A DNA stretch of 64,000 nt. Source: Elusimicrobia bacterium GWB2_63_22. GTDB lineage: Bacteria; Elusimicrobiota; Elusimicrobia; Elusimicrobiales; UBA9959. The stretch covers positions 13,733 through 77,732 of the forward strand of contig MGUA01000006.1 in the NCBI GenBank assembly GCA_001799735.1. The letters are read 5' to 3'. Below the pieces are notes generated by a model. The model searched no databases and was not told the origin of the DNA. It worked only from the letters and a program-made list of their open reading frames with translations. The translations under genes were made by a program, and so were the position numbers. Shown here one piece after another: positions 17,163 through 27,672 of this stretch (the first letter of the stretch is position 1; every line of letters starts with the position of its first letter).

Positions 17163-19739
17163 CTACTTCAGGCGCTGCTTCCAGCCGGTTATGGCCGACA
17201 GGGCCTGCAGGGGGGTCATGTTGTCTATGTCGCACCCTTTAACCTCGTCGAGCACCGGGTGGCCGGAGAAGAGGGGGAACAGCGGGGTCTGGTCGGTCTC
17301 CTGGGCGGCCACCTGGATGTCGCCCTTGGTCTCCAGCGTGTGCAGGATCTCCCGCGCGCGCTGTATAGCAGCGTCCGGCAGGCCCGCCAGCTGGGCCACG
17401 TGGATGCCGTAGGACTTGTCGGCCGGGCCGGGCGCTATCTTGTGCAGGAAGACCACCTCGGTCTTGCCCACGGCGTTGGTCCATTCCTTCACCGCGATAT
17501 TGAAGTTCTTGATGCCGGCGAACTTCTCTGGCAGCTCGGTCAGTTCGAAATAATGGGTGGCGAACAGCACCTTGGGGCCGCCCTCGGCCTTGTAGAGGTG
17601 CTCCACCACCGCCCAGGCGATGGAGATGCCGTCAAAAGTGGAAGTGCCGCGGCCCACCTCGTCGAGGAGGATGAGGCTGCGCGGGGTGGCCAGGCGCATG
17701 ATGGCGGAGGTCTCGCGCATCTCCACCATGAAGGTGGATTCGCCGCGGGACATGCGGTCCTGCGCGCCGATGCGCGTCATGATGCGGTCCACCACGCCCA
17801 CCTCGGCGGCCCGCGCGGGCACGAAGGCGCCCATCTGGGCCATGATCACCACCACGGCCGCCTGGCGCAGGTACACGCTCTTGCCGCTCATGTTGGGGCC
17901 GGTGAGGATAATGACGCTGGAATCTTCGCCGCCAAGCTCCAGGTCGTTGGGAACAAAGGTGCCGGCCGGCAGGAAGCGCTCCACGGCGGGGTGGCGGCCT
18001 TCCTCCACCTTCAGCAGGGAGCCGGCGGTAATGCGGGGCCGGGAGAATTCGTAGCGCACGGCGCCCTCGGCCAGCGCATAGAACACATCCAGCTCGGCGG
18101 CGCCGCTGGCGAAGGTCTTGATCTCGCCCAGGGAGGCCCGCACCTTCTCGCGCAGCATGCCGAAGAGGTGGTTTTCCAGCTTGGACATCTTCTCTTCCGC
18201 GCCGAGGATCTTGTTCTCCAGGACCTTCAGCTCCTCGGTGATATAGCGCTCGGCGTTGACCAGCGTCTGCTTGCGCACGAAATAGTGCGGCACCTTCTGG
18301 GACTGCGCCTTGGAAACCTCGATGTAGTAGCCGAACACGCTGTTAAAGCCGACCTTCAGCGTCGGGATGCCGGTCTTCTCTTTCTCGCGCAGCTCTATCT
18401 CGTCGAGCAGCTTCTGGCTGTCGCGGCGCACCGCGCGCAGCTCGTCCAGGGCGGAATCGTAACCCTGGCGGATCACGCCGCCGTCGGACAGCCGGGCCGG
18501 CGGGACCTCCGCCAGCGCCTTCTCCAGCTCGGCGCGCAGGGCGTTAAGCGCGTGCGACACGCCGTCCAGGCGCGAGGCCAGCTCGGGCGCGCACTCGAAG
18601 AAACCGGCTGAGCTCAGGAGCAGTTTCAGGCGGGGCAGCTGCCCCAGGGCCTTGCGCACGGCGCCGAGGTCGCGCGGCGAGGCGGAAAGGTTGATGACGC
18701 GGCCGAGCAGGCGCTCTATATCGGGCACCTGGGACATGATCTCGCCCAGCTGCTCGCGGGCCTCGCGGTTCTCGGCGAGGAAAGCGGTAAAGGCCTGGCG
18801 CGACTGGATGGCGCTGATGTCGCAGAGCGGCTCCAGGATCCAGCGCTTCAGCAGGCGCGAGCCCATGGAGGTGCCGCAGAGGTCCAGCACGCCCCAGAGG
18901 GTCTTCTTGTCTTCGCCTTCGGGCGAGGAGACCAGCTCCAGCGTCTTGATGGCGGATTCGTCGAGCTGCAGGCGGTTGCCCGGCTCGTAATAGGCGGGGG
19001 AGAAGACTTCTTTGAGGCCCGGCTGGGTCTGGCGCACGTAGGAGACTACCTTCAGCGCGGTCTTCATGGCGAGCTTATGGTTCTGCCAGACGCTCTGGGC
19101 GGCCCAGGCCGGGTGGGCGGCGTCGGCGCGGGTATACTCGGTCAGCACGGCCGAGCCGAGGCCGAGCCCGCGCTTCTGGATCTCTTTGACCGTGCGGCTG
19201 TCGGAGATGATCTCGGCCGGGGCGGTCTTGGAGAGAAAGGACATCAACTGGTATAGGTCGGGGTCGTTGAGGTTCTGCGTGGCCAGGAAGTCGCCGGTGG
19301 AGGCGTCGAAAGAGGACAGGCCCCACCCGACGATGTCGATGTCGAGGGCCACCAGGTAGTTGGAGGAGCGCGGCTGCAGCAGCTCGTCCTCCACCACGGT
19401 GCCGGGGGTGATCAGGCGCACCACTTCGCGCTTGAAAAGCTTGGTCTTCCTGGCCTCGCCGTCGGCGGGGCCGGTCTGCTCGCAGATGGCCACCTTGTGC
19501 CCGGCGGCCAGCAGGCGGGAAATATAGTTGGAGGCGGAATGGTGCGGCACGCCGCACATGGGCACGGCCTGGCGGGCGGTAAGGGTGAGGCCCAGTTCGG
19601 CGCTGGCGGCCTTGGCGTCGTCGAAGAACAGCTCGTAAAAGTCGCCCAGGCGGAAGAACAGCAGAGCGTGGGGGTAGGCGCTCTTGAGCGTTTGGTACTG
19701 CTGCATCAGCGGGGTCTCTGGGGTTTCAACCTGGGGCAT
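17163..19739 (-). CDS. mutS: DNA mismatch repair protein MutS
   Basis: N-terminal mismatch-binding motif (FFRLGDFYELF), Walker A GPNMSGKS, and DEVGRGTST. Confidence 0.95.
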   Translation of the reverse strand: MPQVETPETPLMQQYQTLKSAYPHALLFFRLGDFYELFFDDAKAASAELGLTLTARQAVPMCGVPHHSASNYISRLLAAGHKVAICEQTGPADGEARKTKLFKREVVRLITPGTVVEDELLQPRSSNYLVALDIDIVGWGLSSFDASTGDFLATQNLNDPDLYQLMSFLSKTAPAEIISDSRTVKEIQKRGLGLGSAVLTEYTRADAAHPAWAAQSVWQNHKLAMKTALKVVSYVRQTQPGLKEVFSPAYYEPGNRLQLDESAIKTLELVSSPEGEDKKTLWGVLDLCGTSMGSRLLKRWILEPLCDISAIQSRQAFTAFLAENREAREQLGEIMSQVPDIERLLGRVINLSASPRDLGAVRKALGQLPRLKLLLSSAGFFECAPELASRLDGVSHALNALRAELEKALAEVPPARLSDGGVIRQGYDSALDELRAVRRDSQKLLDEIELREKEKTGIPTLKVGFNSVFGYYIEVSKAQSQKVPHYFVRKQTLVNAERYITEELKVLENKILGAEEKMSKLENHLFGMLREKVRASLGEIKTFASGAAELDVFYALAEGAVRYEFSRPRITAGSLLKVEEGRHPAVERFLPAGTFVPNDLELGGEDSSVIILTGPNMSGKSVYLRQAAVVVIMAQMGAFVPARAAEVGVVDRIMTRIGAQDRMSRGESTFMVEMRETSAIMRLATPRSLILLDEVGRGTSTFDGISIAWAVVEHLYKAEGGPKVLFATHYFELTELPEKFAGIKNFNIAVKEWTNAVGKTEVVFLHKIAPGPADKSYGIHVAQLAGLPDAAIQRAREILHTLETKGDIQVAAQETDQTPLFPLFSGHPVLDEVKGCDIDNMTPLQALSAITGWKQRLK

Positions 19740-19761
19740 AATAGGGCCTTAATTCCGGATT

Positions 19762-20739
19762 TTACTTCGTATATTGTATCAAAAGCTCTTCGGCCTCTTT
19801 AAGGGTTTTCAACTTCATGAAAGCGCCCCTGGCGGCGGAGGCGTTGGGCAGGCCTTTGAGCCAGAAGCCTACCAGTTTGCGGGCGCGCGTCAGGCCGTGC
19901 TCCTCGCCGTAGATGCCGGCATTGAGTTCCAGGAAGCGCAGGAACAAGCGCATCCTGGCGCCGGAGTCCGGCTCGGGCAGCCGGCCGCCGGAAAGTCCCG
20001 CGGCGATTTCGGCGAACACCGAGGGATTGAATACCGCGGCCCGCCCCACGGCCACCCCGGCGCAGCCGGCCTCCAGCAGGGCCCTGGCCCCGTCGGCGTT
20101 CTCCACGCCGCCGTTGCCGAAAACGGGGATCTTAACGGCCGCGGCTGTGGCGGCCATGGCCTCCAGGTCCACCGGGCCGGTATGGAACTGCGAAGCCGGC
20201 CGGCCGTGCAGGGTTATGGCCGAGGCGCCGGCCTCCTCCGCCACCCGGGCGAGCAGGGGGCCGAGGTTCTCGCCGGCCTCCAGCCCCACGCGGAATTTAA
20301 CGGTGACCGGCACCTTCACGCATTTGACCGCCCTGGAGATCAGGTCGGCCAGCAGCAGCGGGGTCCGCATCAGCTCGGCGCCGGCGCCGGAGCGCCGCAC
20401 CTTCCTGACGGGGCAGCCGGCGTTTATATCCACCGCGTCCGCACCGGCCCTTTCGGCCGCCTGCGCGGCCAGCGCCATGGAGGCCGGGTCCGCGCCGAAG
20501 AGCTGTATGGCCGCGGGGTGCTCGCCGGGCAGCAGCTCGAGCATTTTAAAGGATTTCTTGTTGCCGTATTTCAGGCTTTCGGCCGAGACCATCTCGGTGA
20601 CCACCAGCCCGGCCCCGCCGCCGGAGGCCAGGATGCGGAAAGCGGCGTTGGTGATGCCGGCCATCGGGGCCAGCGCTAGGTTGTTTTTGAGCAGCAGCCC
20701 GCCGACCGCGACCGGGCGCAGGAGCGGTTCCGTAGTCAC
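19762..20739 (-). CDS. dus: tRNA-dihydrouridine synthase
   Basis: Motif LAPMAGITNAAFR and TIM-barrel flavoenzyme pattern. The track ORF extends to 21039 across the upstream gene. A GTG at 20739 forms a GTGA overlap with the upstream stop and gives a normal-length Dus. Confidence 0.85.
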   Translation of the reverse strand: MTTEPLLRPVAVGGLLLKNNLALAPMAGITNAAFRILASGGGAGLVVTEMVSAESLKYGNKKSFKMLELLPGEHPAAIQLFGADPASMALAAQAAERAGADAVDINAGCPVRKVRRSGAGAELMRTPLLLADLISRAVKCVKVPVTVKFRVGLEAGENLGPLLARVAEEAGASAITLHGRPASQFHTGPVDLEAMAATAAAVKIPVFGNGGVENADGARALLEAGCAGVAVGRAAVFNPSVFAEIAAGLSGGRLPEPDSGARMRLFLRFLELNAGIYGEEHGLTRARKLVGFWLKGLPNASAARGAFMKLKTLKEAEELLIQYTK

Positions 20740-21503
20740 GGTTTCAGGGCGTAGTTGCCGTCGTGGGAGTTGGTGAAGTCGCGCGGGGCGCGGCGGAAGA
20801 GCGGGTTGGTCTCCCGCTTCGGGGCGCCGATCTTCCTGAGCACTTCCAGCTGAAAAGCGGAGGCTTTGTCCTCCATGTAAAGGATCGCGTCCAGTCCCTT
20901 GTAGTCCAGGCGGGCCGGGTTGATGTCGAGCACGCGCTCGTCCTTCTCGCCGGGCAGCGGGGGCAGGGCCCGGGCTTTCCTGTTCCTGGCCATGGTGTAC
21001 CAGGAATGCCAGGCCTGGTGGGCGAGGATCCCGGCGCACCAGGTGAGCGAGCGGAAGGCGTGGTCGTTTGAAATGGCGGCCACCGGGCGGCCTCCCTCCA
21101 TGTAGAAATCGGTCTTGTTCTCGTTGCGGATGACGTGCAGCTGCTTTTTCAGGAAGAGGAAGGTTTCCCTGTCGGACATCCAGACCAGTTTCAGCGCGTG
21201 GGTGACCTGGCTTTTAAATTCCACGGGGCCCTGGATGTCTATGCCGGCGCGCGGGTCGTAGGCTTCGGGCAGCCTGGCGGCGGCCACCCCGGACTGCCCC
21301 GGCGCGGAGGCCTCGGCGGCGGCTTTTTCTTCTTTAGGCGAAGCCGTGCCGAAGATGCCGGCCGACGGGACCTGCGCCTCGCCGCGCTGCGGATGCAGGC
21401 GGCCGTTCACGTAATACCACACCCCCGCGCCCATCAGCGCGAGCGGCAGGAAAGCCAGCACCTTGTGGGTGCGGAAGAAGCTTTTATGTTCGGTTTCGGG
21501 CAT
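20736..21503 (-). CDS. Membrane-anchored hypothetical protein
   Basis: The ATG at 21503 gives MPETEHKSFFRTHKVLAFLPLALMGAGVWYYV (single N-terminal TM). No family recognised. The track start at 21578 lies inside the inverted repeat. Confidence 0.55.
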   Translation of the reverse strand: MPETEHKSFFRTHKVLAFLPLALMGAGVWYYVNGRLHPQRGEAQVPSAGIFGTASPKEEKAAAEASAPGQSGVAAARLPEAYDPRAGIDIQGPVEFKSQVTHALKLVWMSDRETFLFLKKQLHVIRNENKTDFYMEGGRPVAAISNDHAFRSLTWCAGILAHQAWHSWYTMARNRKARALPPLPGEKDERVLDINPARLDYKGLDAILYMEDKASAFQLEVLRKIGAPKRETNPLFRRAPRDFTNSHDGNYALKP

Positions 21504-21506
21504 GGT

Positions 21507-21609
21507 GGGGTCAGGTCTTGAATCTTGACCTAGCCTGCATTGCGGACCGGGCCGCAGAAGCGGCCCGTAGCGGATCACCTCCGGGGGTCAAGATTCAAGA
21601 CCTGACCCC
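21507..21609. repeat. 103-bp element bounded by a perfect 24-bp inverted repeat, with a nested 8-bp hairpin
   Basis: GGGGTCAGGTCTTGAATCTTGACC (21507-21530) is the exact reverse complement of 21586-21609. The 55-nt spacer contains CGGGCCGC-AGAA-GCGGCCCG. Confidence 0.85.
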
Positions 21610-21621
21610 CGTTAGGCGAAG

Positions 21622-22023
21622 TTATTTCAGCTCTTTCAGGTACGACTTGTAGAAAGCCTGCAGTTCTACGGCGGGGTCCTGGAACTCCACCATATGCTTC
21701 TTGCAGCCGCGGCGCGAGCAGAACTGCACCTGGCCGCCGGCTTTCAGGTCGAAAGCGATCATCTGGGAGCCGCAGGCGTCGCACTTGCGGGTGCTCTTCA
21801 GGTCGGCCTTGCAGTGCGGGCAGCGGAAGCCGGCCACTTTGCCCATCGGCATGGGCAGGGCGGTCTCTACGAGGTAGCTGCCATAGAGGGAGCTCATGTA
21901 GAGCGGGGCGTGCTTGCCGGCGTAGGTAAGGTTGACCTCTATCGAGGAAACCTTGTCGAGCTTCTTGGCGGAATTCATAAGGGATTTGCCGCAGTGGGGG
22001 CATTTTACGGAAACGTTAAGCAT
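21622..22023 (-). CDS. Cys-rich zinc-ribbon protein, unknown function
   Basis: Cys pairs CPHC(x)..., CPHC, CDAC and C..GC. Strong SD (AGGAGG) upstream of the ATG. Confidence 0.6.
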   Translation of the reverse strand: MLNVSVKCPHCGKSLMNSAKKLDKVSSIEVNLTYAGKHAPLYMSSLYGSYLVETALPMPMGKVAGFRCPHCKADLKSTRKCDACGSQMIAFDLKAGGQVQFCSRRGCKKHMVEFQDPAVELQAFYKSYLKELK

Positions 22024-22093
22024 GGAACCTCCTGGGAACCTGAACCGGGCGGGCTGTAAGCCCGGCGGCCCCCATATATTACTAAATTATAGG

Positions 22094-24046
<1,953 letters not shown>

Positions 24047-24081
24047 AATGTAGTCCGCGGCCGCGCTGGAACCAAAACCGT

Positions 24082-25062
24082 TCAGTGGGCGCCGGTGGCG
24101 CGGCGCTGCTGCCTGTTAAGCGCGGGGCGCTTGGGCATCAGCGGGTTGGTGCCGGAAGAATCCACCTGCGCGGAATAGCCGCCGGCCTTGTAGAACACGG
24201 TCTCGCCGGCCGCCAGGCCGGAGACGATCTCCACCTGGTCGCCCTCGTTCTGGCCGGTCTCTATCACGGAATAAACCGGCTGGCCGGCCTTGAGTTCCTT
24301 TATCACCGCGGTGCGGCCCTGCGGGTCGGTCACCACGGCCACGGCGGGGATCAGGAGGATGTCCCTGCGCTCGGAGATCTTTATCTTTATGTTGGCCGTC
24401 ATCTGGGAGCGGAAGAACTCCGGCACGCGCTCGGGGCGCAGCTTGACGGTATAGGTCACCACGTTGCTCTTGGTGGTGCCCTCGTCGAGGATCTTGAACA
24501 CGGTGCCGCGCACCTTCTTGTCGGGGTAGGAGTCCAGCACGATGGAGGCCCGCTGGCCTTTCTTCACCTTGCCGATATCGGCCTCGTCGAGACTTGCCGA
24601 GACGATGAGCTTGTCGGAGATGGCGAACAGCACGGTATTGGCGCTCACGGTCTGGCCCTGCACGATGTTCTTGAGGATCAGGGTGCCGTCTATCGGGGAG
24701 ATGACCTTTATGGGCTTGTAGGTCTCCTGCCACTGCTTGTACTGGTCGTCCCCGGCGGCGCGCGCCGCGTCGAGGATAGCCACCCGGTCGGAAGAGCTCA
24801 TCAGCGCCAGCACCGTGCCGGCCTTTATCTTGTCGCCTTCCTCCACCAGGATCTCCTCTATGCGCCCCGAAGAGGAGGGCTGGATCTCCACCCGGTTCTC
24901 GGGCTCCACCACGCCGGTGGTGTCCACCAGTTCGGACAGGTCGCGCAGCTCGGCCTGCGCGGACTGGTAGACGGGCTTATCGTTGGCGCTCTTTTTTTTG
25001 AACGCGTACCAGCCGCCGCCCGCCAGGGCGGCTATAACGAGGAGGATGATGATTTTTTTCAT
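24082..25062 (-). CDS. macA: Periplasmic adaptor (membrane fusion protein), MacA/HlyD family
   Basis: N-terminal anchor MKKIIILLVIAALAGGGWY. Lipoyl, hairpin and beta-barrel pattern. Positioned between tolC and macB. Confidence 0.85.
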   Translation of the reverse strand: MKKIIILLVIAALAGGGWYAFKKKSANDKPVYQSAQAELRDLSELVDTTGVVEPENRVEIQPSSSGRIEEILVEEGDKIKAGTVLALMSSSDRVAILDAARAAGDDQYKQWQETYKPIKVISPIDGTLILKNIVQGQTVSANTVLFAISDKLIVSASLDEADIGKVKKGQRASIVLDSYPDKKVRGTVFKILDEGTTKSNVVTYTVKLRPERVPEFFRSQMTANIKIKISERRDILLIPAVAVVTDPQGRTAVIKELKAGQPVYSVIETGQNEGDQVEIVSGLAAGETVFYKAGGYSAQVDSSGTNPLMPKRPALNRQQRRATGAH

Positions 25063-25074
25063 AGTGTTTTACCC

Positions 25075-26343
25075 TTAGTCCTGCCGCTCCATGGGCACGC
25101 CGAGCAGCTGCTCCAGCGCGTTCTTGCGGCTGTGCGCGGTGCGCGCGTAGTCCAGCCCGTTCAGGTCCGAATCCACGAAATTCTGCTCCACGTTGACCAG
25201 GTCGATAAAGCTGATCTTGCCGGCCATGTATTTTATCTGCGCCTCTTTATAGCGCTCTTCGTTGGCCGCCAGCAGAGAGACCGAGGCCCGGGCGGTCTCG
25301 GCGGCGCTGAGGTAGCCGTCGTAGCCGGAGCGCAGCGAGGCGGCCAGCGCTATGCGCGCGGCCTTGTAGTCCTGCTCCGCCGCGGCCTGGGCCTTGCCGT
25401 AGGCGGCCAGGTTGTTGAAATGGTAGGTGGGGCCTCCGGAGAAGAGGGGCAGGCTGAGGCTCAGGCCCATGGACCAGTTCTTGTCCTGCGGAAACTCGGT
25501 GTCCCCGCTCCAGCCGTAGGAGCCGCTGGCCTTCAGCGACGGGTAGGCGTAATAGCGGGCCGAGTTTGCCCGCTCCCTGGCCGACTCCAGCGTCTTTTTG
25601 GCCGCCACCATGCGGGGGGATTTTTCCAGCGCCAGGGCCACGTCGGCCTCGGCCAGGGCGAACTCCGGCACGCTGATGTCTCCGGCGGCCGTCACGGCGC
25701 GGTTGCCTTCCAGGCCCATGGCCTCCAGCAGGGCGCGCTGCGCGCTGGCCAGGTCGCGCCCGGCCTTCTTGACGGAGACGGCCGCGCTCTCGGCCAGGGC
25801 CTCGGTGTAGAGGGCGTTGCCCTTGGATTCCATGCCGCTCTCGTACTTGAGGCGGATGAGCCGGGCGTTCTCCTGCCTGATGCCGTAGATCTTCTTCTGC
25901 ACCTCGGCCCTTTTCTGGGCGAACAGCAGGTCCGCGAAGGCGCCGGCCAGGGTCTGCCGGGCGGAAGCCGAGGCGGCCAGATAGTCCGCCTCCGCCTTCT
26001 CCCTGGAGAGGCGGCTGCTCTTCACCGTGGACACGGTCCTGAGGTTAAGCAGTTCCTGCGAGGCCGACAGCGAGGCGCTCCAGCGGTTGGAAGGAGAGGA
26101 GGTATCGCTCCCGCTGCGGGAAACCGAGTGGGAGGCGCTGACCTGCGGCAGGTAGGCGTTCACGCTGGCCAGGTAATTGTAGCCGGCCTGCTCCATAGAG
26201 GCCCGGGCCGCCTTCACGGAGGGGTTGTTCTCCATCGCCAGCCGGCGCGCCTGGTCCCAGGACAGGGTCAGGTCCTGCGCGGCCAGCGGAGCCGCGGCAG
26301 CCAGCGCCGCCGCCAGGGTAAGGACTAGTTTTTTAATGGTCAT
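25075..26343 (-). CDS. tolC: TolC-family outer-membrane efflux protein
   Basis: Start set to the ATG at 26343 (MTIKKLVLTLAAALAAAAPLAA signal peptide). Two-fold repeated helical/beta pattern typical of OEP/TolC. Confidence 0.85.
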   Translation of the reverse strand: MTIKKLVLTLAAALAAAAPLAAQDLTLSWDQARRLAMENNPSVKAARASMEQAGYNYLASVNAYLPQVSASHSVSRSGSDTSSPSNRWSASLSASQELLNLRTVSTVKSSRLSREKAEADYLAASASARQTLAGAFADLLFAQKRAEVQKKIYGIRQENARLIRLKYESGMESKGNALYTEALAESAAVSVKKAGRDLASAQRALLEAMGLEGNRAVTAAGDISVPEFALAEADVALALEKSPRMVAAKKTLESARERANSARYYAYPSLKASGSYGWSGDTEFPQDKNWSMGLSLSLPLFSGGPTYHFNNLAAYGKAQAAAEQDYKAARIALAASLRSGYDGYLSAAETARASVSLLAANEERYKEAQIKYMAGKISFIDLVNVEQNFVDSDLNGLDYARTAHSRKNALEQLLGVPMERQD

Positions 26344-26424
26344 AGGTTTTAAATACGGTCGCGTTCTATATGGCAACGCGCGGGAGGCCGGTTTTATTGC
26401 ATTTTTTTTACCGGTCGGTAAGTA

Positions 26425-26453
26425 ATTATAGCCGTTGCCGCCCCTGCCGTCAA
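26425..26453 (-). promoter_or_regulatory. Sigma70-type promoter of the tolC-macA-macB operon
   Basis: Minus strand reads TTGACG (26453-26448), a 17-nt spacer, then TATAAT (26430-26425). It lies about 80 nt upstream of the tolC ATG. Confidence 0.7.
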
Positions 26454-26506
26454 TAAAAACGACCCGCCCGATACGCCGGGAGGGCCGTTCAGAAGTGTGG
26501 CGGCGT

Positions 26507-27664
26507 CTATTTCAGCTTTTCCTGGCCGGTAAAGCTGCGTTCCAGCCGGAAGCCGGCCAGTATTTCCTTATCCTCGGCCGAAGGGGAGCCGGCTATATGC
26601 GCGGCCACCGCCTCGCCCAGGCCGGGCCCCAGCATGAAGCCCTGGCCGCACATGCCCACGCTGAGCACGTAGCCTTTCAGGGCGGCGGGGAAATCCACCA
26701 CCGGGAAGCCGTCCGGGGTCATGGGGTACAGCCCGCGCCAGGTGCGGCGCACCTTCAGGTTGGCAAGGGCCGGCATCAGGCTGATCATGCGCTTGGACAC
26801 CTCGGGCAGGAACTCCGAGGTGGAGCGCCTGTCGTCGCCCCAGACCGGCGGCTGCGGGGTGAGGCAGAAGACGATCTGGCCTTCCCAGTTCTGGTAGAAG
26901 TAATAATTCTTGGACTTGTCGCCGGGGCGGATGTCCACCACCATCGGTTCGAAGAAGCGGTCCGCGGGCTCGGTGATGCCGGCCTCGTGGCAGTCGGGCT
27001 TCACCGGCACCTTTACTCCGGCCAGCTCCGACACGGCCGCGGCCTGCGCGCCGGCGGCGTTGACCACCCACTTGGCAGCGTAGAGGGCCTGCGGGGTGCG
27101 CACGCCCGTCACGACCCCGTTCTCGGAAAGTATCTCTTTGACCGGCTCCTTAAAATGGAACTCCGCGCCCAGTTTCACGGCGCGCCTGTAGAAGGCGTTG
27201 ACCGAGAGCAGCGGCGAGGCGGAGCCGTCGTCGGGGGACCAGGTGCCGCCGCGCAGGTCCTTGGCGGCTATGCCCGGCACCAGCGCCTTAACTTTCTCCG
27301 GGCCCACCCAGTCTATATTGAGGCCGAGGCCGCGCTGCACTTTCAGGAGCTCTTTCAAGACTTTCTCGTCGTTCTCGGTATAGACCGGGAACAGGTAGCC
27401 GCCCTTTATCCAGCCGATATCGTCGCCGTGGGTCCCCTCCCACGTGGCGAAGACCTTCAGGCTGCGCAGGCAGGCCTTTATCTTGGACGCGTCGGAATGG
27501 GTGGCCCGCAGGCCGCCGATGGCGCATTTGTTCTGGCCCTGGCCGGGGGAAGCCGCGGCCTCCAGCACCAGGGTCTTCAATTTCCGTTCGGCCAGCGCCA
27601 TCGCCAGCGGCGTGCCGATGCTGCCCGCGCCTATTATTATGACGTCGTAATTATTTTGGGCCAT
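26507..27664 (-). CDS. FAD-dependent oxidoreductase, sarcosine oxidase beta / proline dehydrogenase beta / HcnC / OoxB-like (DAO family)
   Basis: Start set to the ATG at 27664. N-terminal dinucleotide fold YDVIIIGAGSIGTPLA. DAO-family pattern through to C-terminal GQGFMLGPGLG. Confidence 0.8.
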   Translation of the reverse strand: MAQNNYDVIIIGAGSIGTPLAMALAERKLKTLVLEAAASPGQGQNKCAIGGLRATHSDASKIKACLRSLKVFATWEGTHGDDIGWIKGGYLFPVYTENDEKVLKELLKVQRGLGLNIDWVGPEKVKALVPGIAAKDLRGGTWSPDDGSASPLLSVNAFYRRAVKLGAEFHFKEPVKEILSENGVVTGVRTPQALYAAKWVVNAAGAQAAAVSELAGVKVPVKPDCHEAGITEPADRFFEPMVVDIRPGDKSKNYYFYQNWEGQIVFCLTPQPPVWGDDRRSTSEFLPEVSKRMISLMPALANLKVRRTWRGLYPMTPDGFPVVDFPAALKGYVLSVGMCGQGFMLGPGLGEAVAAHIAGSPSAEDKEILAGFRLERSFTGQEKLK

Positions 27665-27672
27665 ATATCCTT

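Noticed and set aside
20740-21039. N-terminal extensions of track ORFs 19762..21039 (dus), 40443..41207 (PduO-type adenosyltransferase), 41051..43156 (GT-C/TPR), 37435..38499 (nadA) and 26507..27718
   Set aside because: The extensions overlap the upstream genes and are Arg/Pro-rich. Internal starts give canonical N-termini and stop-start overlaps or short gaps.
24085-26328. 747-aa plus-strand ORF
   Set aside because: It is antisense to macA and tolC, both of which have signal or anchor sequences and family patterns. The composition is that of a shadow ORF.
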